Assembly (NCBI RefSeq): GCF_000142905.1
Contig: NW_013657654.1
Location: 124,001-188,000, forward strand
Reading direction: 5' to 3'
Length of the DNA stretch: 64,000 nucleotides
Origin: Thecamonas trahens ATCC 50062
Taxonomy: Eukaryota > Protista > Apusomonadida
Positions 22,378 through 32,542 of the stretch are shown one piece after another. Each line of letters starts with the position of its first letter. The stretch's first letter is position 1. Made by a program: the position numbers and the translations under genes. The notes under the pieces are model-generated. The model was not told the origin of the DNA. It did no database searches and saw nothing but the letters and a program-made list of their open reading frames with translations.

Positions 22378-23757
22378 TCAAACTCTCTCTCCATCGCATT
22401 CACCTCGAGATGCCACCAGCTCGCGCAGAGCGGTCGCCTCTCGCCGCGAGACGCGGTCACACCAGGATGCGTCGATGGCGGTGAGTACAGGAAGCGCAAA
22501 ACTGACCAAGTCAAGCAGCCCGCTACCGGTCACGTCGGTGCAGCAGGAGACGTTGAGAGAAGTGAGCGTAGTGCCCGCGGCTTCAGCAATCGCCCACACA
22601 TCCGAGTCATCCACCGCCGTCCGCGAGAGGTCAACCGCTGTGAGCGCCGGGAGAGGCGTGACCGCCTCGTTGGCCAGCGCGCTACTCCACGCCGTGCTCA
22701 CCATCGCCGGTGTGAGTCGCGGACAGCCCGAGAGCGAGAGCCGGCCGAGTTCGGTCCATGGCGCGAGCCGCGGTCCAACAAAGCTGGTGAGCCAGGCTTC
22801 GTCCACAAAGCCAGCTCGATCAACGACAAGGTTCCGCAGCGCTGGCATCTGCCCAAGCCACTCGCTGCACTCGCTCAGCTCCATGCTCGGCGATAGCCGC
22901 GCGTGCGCCAGTGAAAGCGATGTCACCGTTGGAGGCAGCTGCCACACGTGCAACGCCGTGAGCTCAATGCGATCCAGCGCTAGCACCGCCAGCACCGGTG
23001 TCGTAGCTGCGTTGATCAGGGCAGCCACGCCACTGCAGGTGGCTCGAGGTGCAAACGAGATGTCAAACGCTTCCAATCGCTCCAACTCCGACCACGCACT
23101 CGCCAGCCGGACCAGTGCAGCGTCGCTGAATGCGGTCCGTGAGAGCACCAACCCGATGATTCGATCCGGTGCCGTATGCCTCGCCAGCGCGGCCGCACAT
23201 GCGTTGCCGGCTTGGTCACAACCGTGTAGTGAAATGCGGCTCGGAACCGCACCGTGCTCGACCAGCGTGCCCGAGATGACCGCAGCGAGCGCATCATCGC
23301 TCGCGTTGGAGAGATCGACCAGATCAAGGACCCGCACGTGCGCCAGCAGAGGCGATCGCGCAAGCGCCCACAAGGTAGCGTCCGGTCGGCCATGCGCATC
23401 GCCGTTTATCATCTCCGGCAGCGACAGTACCCGCCAGAGACCCGGATAGCCCGTCGCTGCCGCCCGCAGAGCCCGGCAGCTCCGTCCAGCACGGGCGCGA
23501 TCACGAGGCCCCAGCTCAGCCATGATGGCCACCAGGATCTCCACCGGCAGATCCACTAAGGTCGGAGGCGGAAGAGGCATCCACGCCGAGGCATCGACCG
23601 CCGGCAGTGTAAATGTGTAGCTCACGCTCCCATCCTCAGCGTAGCTCCTCTCTGCCAAGCCCCCGGGCACGACCTGCGGGACCGCCTCCAGCAGCGCCTC
23701 AAGCAGCCGTGGCAGCGGCAGCGTCCGCGCCGCCCACTCTGTCACATCGCTCGCCAT
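22378..23757 (-). CDS. F-box/leucine-rich-repeat (FBXL) protein
   Basis: F-box LVDLPVEILVAIMAELGPRDRARAGRSCRALR...LWRVLSL; cysteine-containing LRRs (LSLSGCPRLT, LNVSCCTDVT, IDASWCDRVS). Confidence 0.87.
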   Translation of the reverse strand: MASDVTEWAARTLPLPRLLEALLEAVPQVVPGGLAERSYAEDGSVSYTFTLPAVDASAWMPLPPPTLVDLPVEILVAIMAELGPRDRARAGRSCRALRAAATGYPGLWRVLSLPEMINGDAHGRPDATLWALARSPLLAHVRVLDLVDLSNASDDALAAVISGTLVEHGAVPSRISLHGCDQAGNACAAALARHTAPDRIIGLVLSRTAFSDAALVRLASAWSELERLEAFDISFAPRATCSGVAALINAATTPVLAVLALDRIELTALHVWQLPPTVTSLSLAHARLSPSMELSECSEWLGQMPALRNLVVDRAGFVDEAWLTSFVGPRLAPWTELGRLSLSGCPRLTPAMVSTAWSSALANEAVTPLPALTAVDLSRTAVDDSDVWAIAEAAGTTLTSLNVSCCTDVTGSGLLDLVSFALPVLTAIDASWCDRVSRREATALRELVASRGECDGERV

Positions 23758-23989
23758 ATAGAGAAGGAGAGGTGTGTATGTGTATGTGAGGTAGAGCGAG
23801 GTGCAGCCCAATCCAGCACCCTGTTGCCCATCCCGGACAAAGACCTGCTGCTGGTCGAGCCGGTGCCCGAGCCAGTGCCCCAGCCGGTGCCCCCGAGCCA
23901 GCGCCGGCGTCCGAGGCCACCGACTGCTGCAGCCGACTCTTGCCGCCACGGCACCACTCATCTAGCACCTTTTGTGCAGAGAGCGGACA

Positions 23990-25291
23990 ATGGCGTTGCT
24001 GCCGGGAATGGACACAGGGCTGGGGCTGGGGCTGGGGCTGGAGTGGCCCATGGGGATGGGGGCGGGGCGGGCGGTGGGGGCGGTGGGGACGGGCCGGGCT
24101 GGACGGCCCGACGACGAGGCCGAGTGGGGCCAGACTCAGGCGGTGGCAACGGAGATCGGGGCGGTCGATGGAATTGAGGTGGGGATTGAGGCAGAAGCAG
24201 ATGTCAATCTCGTAGCAGAGACCACTCTCGGAGCTTGTGGTGCGTCTTCCTCGCTGGAAGATCGGCTGAGAGAAGCCAAGGCTGCCCATCGGGCGGCAGT
24301 GATCGAGGACGCCACCCAGCAACTGGTGCTGGATACCGCAGCCGCGGTTGTTGCCGACTATCATCTGGGCTCGATGGGGCTGGTGCCAGAGAGTGGCGGG
24401 GGGAAGACGTCGATGTCGGCCAAGGCGGTCCTGCTGCTGGAGCGGGTCCTCGCCTGGCACGCGCTGCACGATGTGGTCGATTTGGGTGCTGTCGCCACAA
24501 GAGCTGGTGTGCCGTCGCCAAGCACCCCATCAGGCGTACATGGGGTATATCTCCTTGGCCTTGACCCCGAGTTCTTCGAGTGGTCGCTCCTGGCGCCGTT
24601 TGTGGGCGCCGATGCGCTCGAGGCCGAGTCGCCGGAGGCCCGCCGCGCTGCGATGGACGCTGCGCTGGCCGCGTTGGCTGACGAACTGCGGCCAGAGCTG
24701 CAGGCGCGGCTTGCAGCCGATGCCACCTTCCTCGCCTCACTGGTGAGCGAGGAGGCGTCGCCCGGCGGCCGACCGAGTCTGGCGGCATGGGTCGCCGAGG
24801 CGACCCTCGAGACCGAGGCCGCCCGTGAGCTGGAGACCGCGTACAACGCACGAACGCTTGAAGCCTTTTGGGAGCTATACACTCTCGTCGGCTCTCGTAT
24901 TGGCTCGGTGGTCACCCTCATTCAGGACCATTTGCTTGGTACTGCGGTCCGCTCCGAGCGAGTCCGTGGCGAGTTTCTCGCCGCCCGCGCCCACGCGCTT
25001 GCCCTCAAGCTGCAGGTCACCAAGCTTCAGCTCTTGCTGGAGACTTACACGCCACGGACGCTTCCAGCCCTCACCGTCATCCGCGACGAACTGACACAAG
25101 CGCTCGCCTCTGCCCGCGATCAGCTGCAAGCCGCGCGTGCGCGTGAGGCCTCGTTCGGGCGGCTCGGCCGCGAGTTTGACGACCTCGTGGCGTCCTACAC
25201 CTCGATCCTCGCCGACATTGAGAACAAGGAGTGGGCGCTCTCCCAACTGCGCAGTGACACCCGCTTCTCGTTCTCAAACCCGAGCTCATAA
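23990..25291 (+). CDS. HAUS4: Augmin/HAUS complex subunit 4
   Basis: LKLQVTKLQLLLETYTP...IRDEL...LGREFDDLVASYTSILADIENKEWALSQL matches the HAUS4 C-terminus. 5' end uncertain. Confidence 0.8.
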   Translation: MALLPGMDTGLGLGLGLEWPMGMGAGRAVGAVGTGRAGRPDDEAEWGQTQAVATEIGAVDGIEVGIEAEADVNLVAETTLGACGASSSLEDRLREAKAAHRAAVIEDATQQLVLDTAAAVVADYHLGSMGLVPESGGGKTSMSAKAVLLLERVLAWHALHDVVDLGAVATRAGVPSPSTPSGVHGVYLLGLDPEFFEWSLLAPFVGADALEAESPEARRAAMDAALAALADELRPELQARLAADATFLASLVSEEASPGGRPSLAAWVAEATLETEAARELETAYNARTLEAFWELYTLVGSRIGSVVTLIQDHLLGTAVRSERVRGEFLAARAHALALKLQVTKLQLLLETYTPRTLPALTVIRDELTQALASARDQLQAARAREASFGRLGREFDDLVASYTSILADIENKEWALSQLRSDTRFSFSNPSS

Positions 25292-25314
25292 CACTTTGAT
25301 CGCATAGCATTTCG

Positions 25315-26991
25315 ATGGCTCCCGTTTCCTTGCGAGATCGCGTCGGCCAGCGGCAGAGCCCAGGATGGCATTTGGAAGGTCTTGCGCTTCGACGACAGCA
25401 GGCCAGCGCAGCGGACCCCTCACCGCCCACAAGCAAAGCCCTCAGACACACCACTTCGACCGTCGCAGAGCAACAAGGGATGGAAGGCGACGGAAGCGAA
25501 GACCCGGAGGAGCTACGTGCGCAGGTGGAGGTGCTACAGAGCCTGCTAGATCGAAGTCTGGAGGTTGTGGAGGCCATGCTGGGGGAGGCCGAGGTGGCGG
25601 CGGCAAAGGGACGGCGGCGTGGCGGCGAGGTGTCTCGGCCGCGGGACGCACGGGATCTGGCGCACTCATTGGTCTCCTTCCGCAAGCGGCTGCGGGCGGA
25701 GGAGGGCATGCTGGATCGGCTACGGACGGGTCTCATTCCGCTCACAGCCAACAGGGTCAAGTCATCCAATCTCCACGCCCTCTCGGCCATCCTGGCCACC
25801 GCACGCAAGCTCGATGGCCTCGTCAGGCTGGGCGGATCCTTCAAGTACGGCGCCAAGGCCAAGGTCTACGTCGATGCGGTGGTCAAGACTCACTCGGCTG
25901 TCGAGTGGCTCAAGGTCAAGGTCACTCCACCAGTCCCCTTTCACAACATGTACGCCGGCCATGGCCGCGCCTCGTCGTCGTCCATGATCGATCAGGCCCG
26001 CCACCTCCTCGACGCTGCCGCCGAGCACCCACATGGCTTTACCATTCCGGCTGTCGTCTACGTCTTTGTCGGTGGCGTCTCCATCTCGGTCGCCGCAGAC
26101 CTGGAGGCGCTTGGCATTGTTGTTCGCGGCGAGCGGGTCGATCTCGGCCCGCTCGATGGTGTCGCCCACGCCGCTGCCCCGTCACCGTTCATCTGCCCGT
26201 CGACGCTCGCTTCGTTTGGCCTGCTTGACAGCCCGGCCGGCCCGCTCGTCTCGGCGCCAGCTACCACCGTCACCGAGGCCGAGCTGGCTGATCTCATGGC
26301 CGGCGGCAAGATCATCGAGGACGCGCAGGGCAATCGGTATGTTGTCGAGACGATCGAGGAGTATGAGTACGAGTACGACGAGTATGACGAGCCCGAAGGC
26401 AATGACAATGGGGACGTGGTTGGTGCGGCGGCAAGCACGCCGCCGGCCGACAGCAGCGCCGAGATGCTCAATCTGGACGTCTCCGCAATCCTTGCCTATG
26501 TCTCGGACCTCTGCCAGCCTGGCGGCGCCGAGACCGAGTTTGACGACCCGCTCATTGCCAAGCAAGCTGCCAGCGAGCGACAGCAGCGGCAGCTGCCGCT
26601 AATGGAACGGATGATGGCCGGCAAGCGGCTGGTGGTCTGCGAGACCGCACTCGCCTCACTCCAGGCCATCCTCGACACCGTGGCTGGGCCCGGCGAGCGC
26701 GCCCGTGCCGAGGCGCTCCTCGCCAACGTCGCCATTGTTCCCGACGAGCTTTCCGAACGGATGGCGAGCCTCCGCCCGACGCTCCGCATCAAGCCCCGCG
26801 CCCGGGTGGTGTTTGGAGTCGGCGACGCACTGGGCGTCCCGACGCTCACCGCCAACAACGGCTTTGTCCGTGCCGCTGCTCAGCAAGGCTACAACTTTAA
26901 GGCCATTGTCATCATGGCCCGCGCCCTCACCGAGAGCCGCCGCCTCGAGCAGGCCGGCCTTACGCCAGACCTGGATACCGGCTGCGCATAA
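25315..26991 (+). CDS. UPF0415 / C7orf25 (DUF1308) family protein; start may be 25480
   Basis: [13 protein letters not shown]...[47 protein letters not shown]. Confidence 0.85.
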   Translation: MAPVSLRDRVGQRQSPGWHLEGLALRRQQASAADPSPPTSKALRHTTSTVAEQQGMEGDGSEDPEELRAQVEVLQSLLDRSLEVVEAMLGEAEVAAAKGRRRGGEVSRPRDARDLAHSLVSFRKRLRAEEGMLDRLRTGLIPLTANRVKSSNLHALSAILATARKLDGLVRLGGSFKYGAKAKVYVDAVVKTHSAVEWLKVKVTPPVPFHNMYAGHGRASSSSMIDQARHLLDAAAEHPHGFTIPAVVYVFVGGVSISVAADLEALGIVVRGERVDLGPLDGVAHAAAPSPFICPSTLASFGLLDSPAGPLVSAPATTVTEAELADLMAGGKIIEDAQGNRYVVETIEEYEYEYDEYDEPEGNDNGDVVGAAASTPPADSSAEMLNLDVSAILAYVSDLCQPGGAETEFDDPLIAKQAASERQQRQLPLMERMMAGKRLVVCETALASLQAILDTVAGPGERARAEALLANVAIVPDELSERMASLRPTLRIKPRARVVFGVGDALGVPTLTANNGFVRAAAQQGYNFKAIVIMARALTESRRLEQAGLTPDLDTGCA

Positions 26992-29676
26992 AGTCATCAT
27001 CGCCGCTCGACGCCGGCGGCAGCGACGGGTAGAGAGACGGCGCCGCCGGCGCGGCTGCAGACACTGCAGGTTGCGGTGCCGGACGCCGCCCGCCGGTGTT
27101 CCCATGCGAGTCGCTGCTGTACGATCCGCCGCCAACTGGTGCCGACGTGCCCTTGGGCGTCGAGCACATCGAGCACGCGAGCGCGCCGGGGCTGTTGTCA
27201 AAGGTGCAGACCGAGCACGACCAGGTCGGGCCCGACGGCTGCGATGGCACGGATGGCGGCCGCGGCGACGGCCGCGGCGACGGCTGCCGCGGCGCTGCCG
27301 GCGACGGAGTTGCTGTCCTGCCTGAGCGCGCCGAGCCGCACATGGCACACGATTCGCCGCCCGAGTTGGCAAAGGTACATGCCGAGCACGACCACGAGCC
27401 TCCGCCGCCTGATGCTGGGGCCGAGGGTGTCACTGTGGCCCACGGTGGCGACAGCGAGCTCGCTGCCGGAGGTGCAGACGCTGCTGGCGCAGCCGATGAC
27501 AACGACGACGAGCTTGGTGCCGCACCGCCCGACGCTGCGAGCAGTCGCGGGTCGACCCACGACGTCTCGCGGGTCGAGTGATTTGCGTAGTACGGCCGGC
27601 CAAAGTCTGTTGCACACTCCTCCCAGAACTCGGGCATGGGCTTGGAAGCGATGGCGAGGTGATTTCGGACGTGGATGCCGACGAGCTCGCGCATGCGGTC
27701 AGCATCGGCCCGCGAACCCGCCAAGAAGCAGGTGGTAATCTTCTCATCAGCCTTGCCGTCCTTGCGGATCGAGATGCCAAACGCAGCTTTGCCCTTGTGC
27801 TCCTCCACCCGGTAGGCGTCGATCCAACTGATCGGGTAGTGGACCGGCGTCTTGGACCGGAACGACGAGTTGGGGATGACCGTCACACCCGATGGCGAAA
27901 TCTCCAGCACCACCGATGCCGCCACCCACTTGTTTGGCAGCGAGGCTGGAAACTTGACTGCCTCGGGCACGTGCAGCGAGAGGCTCGCCTGGCTCATCGA
28001 GCTAGAGAACGAGGTAGCAAACGGCGAGGTGGCTGATGCTGTCGATGTCGCTGTCCCGTGGTTGTCCGGCACGTCGCCGTCGGCCTGCCGTGCCACAAGC
28101 TCAATCATGGCAGCCTCGAGCACCGATGCGTGGGTGCAGTTGTTGACCGTGTCGCGGAGCTGTGGATAGGACCACTCTGAGATGGTAGCAAGCGGCGGGT
28201 GGCAGTCCGCCTCGTTGCCCATGTCAAACAGGGTACCGTCTTCGAACGCGTCCGGCGCCGGATTGTCGGACGACGAGGATGACGACGAGGACGACGAGGA
28301 CCGCTGCCGCGAGTTCGGCTCGCTGTACGGCATGTGACTCGGATAGTGGGATGGATATGGGCTCGGCATGTCGACGCCCGGGTACGAGGTGGCGTAGGGT
28401 GCATGGGCCGATACCGGCGCTGGCGCCGGCGGGGCGGTTGCCGGCGGCAGTGACGAAATCCGCCGATTTTCGTCGATGAGCTTGAGCATCTCCTGCTCCA
28501 TCTGCGCCCGCTCCGAGAGCCTCAGCTGCTCGAGCTCTTCACGCTCCTGCTTGCGCAGCTGCTCCAGGTGCTGGGCGTACGCTGCGAGCTCGGCAAGCTG
28601 TGCCTGGGTTTTGGACTGTACGGCCCGCATCTGCGCGTCATACCACGCCTGCGCCTCCATCTGGGCCTGGACTTGGTTGGCCTGCGCCTGCTCCAGCTGC
28701 TTCTCATACTGCGCCCGCGCCTGTGCCTCGGCCTGGGTGTGGGCATGCGCCTGTGCCAGCTGCTCCTGATACTGCGCATGTGCCTGCGCTTGCGCCGCTG
28801 CCTGATCGGCCTGCGCCCGCATCATCTGCTCTTTGTACGCAGCCTCGACTTGTGCAGCTGCCTGCGCAGCTGCATGTTCAGCTTGTGCCCTTGCCTGCGC
28901 CTCTGCATGTGCCCGTGCCTGCGCCTCTGCATGTGCCCGTGCCTGCGCTTCTGCCTGCGCCCGTACCTGCGCTTCTGCCTGCGCCCGTGCCTGCGCCTCT
29001 GCCTGTGCCCGTGCCTGCGCCTCTGCCTGTGCCCGTGCCTGTGCCTCTGCCTGCGCCCGTGCCTGCGCCTCTGCCTGTGCCCGTGCCTGCGCCTCTGCCT
29101 GTGCCCGTGCCTGCGCCTCTGCCTGTGCCCGTGCCTGCGCCTCTGCCTGTGGCGTTCATCTGGGCCTCGATTTGGGCGTACTCGTGCTGGACGACCTGCC
29201 CATACAGCGCCTGCGACCTGCCCATACAGCGCCTGCGACTGATCGGTGGCGGCCTTCTGAGCCTCCGCCACCCTAGCATCGTACGCCTGTTTGGCAATCT
29301 CAGTCGGCATGGCCGAAGCAAGGTGGTGCGAGTACTCGGCCTGCGCCTCGGCCATGGCCGTGCGCAGCACGTTCTCGTACAGCGCCTGGGCTTGTCCACG
29401 AGCAGTCTCCACCGCCTGTGCCTGTGCCTGTGCCTGTGCTGCCACCAGCCGAGCCTCAAACGATCCATCATCCGCCGGGGCACCTGCTGGTGGAGCCTGT
29501 GCCTGCACGTGAGCCATACCGGGGTGACCAGCCTGTGCTGCTTGTCCAGCTTGCGACCCTTGCCCGTGCGGACCTCCTCCTCCACCCGCAGCAGCAGCGT
29601 CAGCCAGCATCTGCTTCTGCGCCTGCATGAGCTGCTGCTGCATAAGCAACAGCTTCTCCTGCTCACTACCCGACAT
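26960..29676 (-). CDS. Adaptor protein: Q/A-rich coiled coil, PH/PTB-like domain, WW domain, two NZF zinc fingers; frame breaks at 29196-29239 and ~29150
   Basis: WW: [35 protein letters not shown]: [10 protein letters not shown]...CAMC and [10 protein letters not shown]...CSMC. The N-terminal join is inferred. Confidence 0.75.
28886..29150 (-). repeat. 24-bp coding repeat (AQAEAQAR), about 11 copies
   Basis: Seen directly: GCCTGCGCCTCTGCCTGTGCCCGT units on the + strand. Confidence 0.9.
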
Positions 29677-29786
29677 GTTCCTTCCTCTTCCTCCCTTCTG
29701 CGTCAGGTATACTCCCTTCTCCTTCCCCCCTCCCCTTCCGCCGCCTGCTACACCTTCCATGCTCTCCTCTCTTAGCGGAACGATGG

Positions 29787-30030
29787 TTCGTTCGTTCGTT
29801 CGCTCGTTCATGCGTTCGTTCGTTCATGCGTTCGTTCATTCGTTCATTCATTCGTTCGTTCGTTCATGCGTTCGTTCGTTCATTCATTCATTCGTTCATT
29901 CACTCATTCGCTCGTTCATTCGTTCGCTCGTTATTCATTCATTCATTCGTTCGCTCGTTCGTTCGTTCATTCGTTCGTTCGTTCATGCGTTCATTCATTC
30001 ATTCGCTCGTTCATTCGTTCGTTCGTTCGC
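29787..30030. repeat. (TTCG/TTCA)n tetranucleotide microsatellite between divergent genes
   Basis: Seen directly. Confidence 0.95.
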
Positions 30031-30587
30031 TTCTGAATCGCAAATTGCTCGTCACATTCGTCGATTCCATTACCTTGTCACAACTGCTTCTTCGTATCCC
30101 GCCCTTCCCTTCCCCTCCCTTCCCCACCCCAACCCCAATATTACGCATGTGCGAAGTGGGGACTGATCGGAGTAGAGTCATTGCGCTGATACACCCTCGC
30201 AAACCATGATCGCCTCGTTCTCGCTGCATAGAACAAATACCACCACCGCATTCCCGTAGATAGAGCCCGCTCCAAGGCCCACCCCCCAAGCAGACCGCCC
30301 CCCCCCAGGCAGACCAGGGGACATGCCATCTACCGCATCCAGACTCACATCGGTACGTGGGAAGTAGAAGGTGATACAAACATTGCATATCACCCCCTCT
30401 CCAGATTCCACATCCCAGCTCCACAAACACGATCCTTGGGCTTCTCCGTACCCCCCTCCCCGATGGCCACATCGACGGGCGCGCCGAACCCGAATCCAAC
30501 CAAGGCGACTCGACAACAAGGACAGGGGACAGCCAGGGGCAAGCCGGGCACGTCACCACCCCACCCGACCTACACAAGGGGGGAAAC

Positions 30588-32419
30588 ATGTCCTCGTTGG
30601 CGTCGCTCCTTCCTGCGCCTACCCGCAAGTCCACACTTCCGGCGGCCAAGGCTGTGGAGGCTCTGCCCTCTGCTGGTCAGGGAGGCAAGTCCAAGGCGCC
30701 CGTCCCGGCCTACGGACAGCGGGCCAACTCGGGCTGGGTTCCGCGGACAGAGGCCGACTATGACGACGGTGGTGCGTATCCCGAGATCCATGTTGACCAG
30801 TACCCACGGGGGATGGGTCGTGGGGGAGGACAACGTCCACCCTCGCCGCAACCGTCGATGCCTCGGGGACCACGTCGTGGGACGCGGTCGCCCGCGCTGG
30901 CCACTCGCAGAGCGTTACCGTGTACTCGGGCCCGAGCGCGCTGATCGAGGCTGGCGGGGCGGGTGCTGCGCTGGAGCGCCCATCGGCCGACGACATTGCT
31001 GCCAATGTCGAGGCCACTCGCAATGCGCTGATGAACGTCAAGCACGCAACCATGACCGACGCCCGCGTCCGTGGCCGTGCCACTCTCGGCGACGCCAACA
31101 TGGTCGGTAACGCCACCTTTGTCAAGTACACTCCGCCGACCGCCGCCGCCGCCAAAACTGGCATCCGGCAACGAGTCATCCAGATGGTCGACATGCCGGT
31201 CGACGCGCTCGAGCCGTCGCGCTTCCGCCACAAGAAGCGGCCGGGTGGCCGGCAGAAAGAGGCGCCTGTCCCGATCCTGCACTCGCCCGAGCACAAGCCG
31301 TCCAAGGCCGAGAAGGCCAACCTCAACATCCCGCCGGCCATCTCCAACTGGAAGAACCCGCGCGGTGACGCGGTTCCGCTCGACAAACGCCTCGCCTTTG
31401 AAGGCCGTGGCCTCGTCGCCCCGGCAATCTCGGACAAGTTTGCCAAGCTCACCGACGCCTTGCAGATTGCCGAGGCCGCCGCTCGCGAGCAAGTTGAGGC
31501 CATGGCAAAGGTTGAGAAGCAGATGAAGCTCAAGGAGCAGGCCAAGGAGGATGAGACGCTGCGCGAGGTTGCCCGTGAGGCTCGCGAGCGCCGTCGGCTG
31601 CAGCAGCTCGCCGGGCCGAGCGCAGCACGCGCTGGTGCCGCCGCTGCAGGTGGCAACCCCAACATGGTGCCGCTTCCGCCGCGCGACCGCGGCACCCCGC
31701 TCGCTCAGGCTGCGCCACTGCGGCCAGACCTCAAGCGCAAGCGCGGGACAAAGACCCAGGGCGGTGCCAGCACTGCCGCCGACGACGGCGCCTACTCGTA
31801 CTCGTACTCGTACTCATACTCGGACAACGCCCGCCCGGCCAAGCTGCCACGGGTCTCAGCCGCCCCGGTCGCCGACGTTGCCGCTGCCGCCGAGGACTCT
31901 TCGGCCGCTGCCGCCCCGGTCTCGGCCACCTCACGCGCCGAGCGCGACGCCATCCGTGAGGAGCGTCGCAAGCAGCGCGAGCGTGAGCGCCGCCGTGCGG
32001 CCTCGGGTCAATCGCGCGACGCCACCCGTGACATCTCCGAGCTCGTCGCCCTCGGCCGCGCCAAGCCCACCGCCTCGGCTGACGCCATGTACGACCAGCG
32101 CCTTTTCAACCGCGCAGGCGGGCTTGGCGACACCATCGACCCCGACAAGGATGGCGGCGCTGGCTTCTCCGGCTCGCTCTTTGCTGCCCAGCGCCAGCGG
32201 GCCTTTGTCCCCTCGGCAGAGACCATCGCCGCCACCGCCAGCAAGGCCTTCACCGGCTCCTCCTCGCGCCAGGCCGGCCGCCCGGTCGAGTTCGAGAAGC
32301 ACGGTGCCTCGACCGCCGCCTCGACATCCCAGGCCCAGCCCACCTCTATCGACCCGGCCGCCGCCCCCGCCGCCGATCCATATGGTCTCAGTACCTTTAT
32401 GAGCAGCAAACGCAAGTAG
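30588..32419 (+). CDS. SNW1: Splicing factor SKIP/SNW1 (Prp45); undercall at 30822-30826
   Basis: GWVPRTEADYDDGGAYPEIHVDQYPRGMG, FVKYTP, DALEPSRFRHKK, IPPAISNWKNPRG, RDISELVALG, YDQRLFN, RPVEFEK. Confidence 0.93.
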
Positions 32420-32542
32420 AGCACAGCCCGTCTCCACTCGAAACTTGCCGGCCGCCAACGCCAACCCCAAAAAGGTCGTGGTTCCCCGCTTTGCCCACAG
32501 CCACCCCACCCCTCTCTCACGCACCCGGCCCACCTCGCGTGA

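Noticed and set aside
22177-22896. C-terminal ~240 aa of ORF 20869..22896
   Set aside because: Out-of-frame run-on antisense to the F-box gene. The H3 fold continues in the shifted frame and stops at 22376.
29627-30580. RSFVRSFIHS-type and neighbouring ORFs
   Set aside because: Translations of the TTCG/TTCA microsatellite and intergenic DNA.
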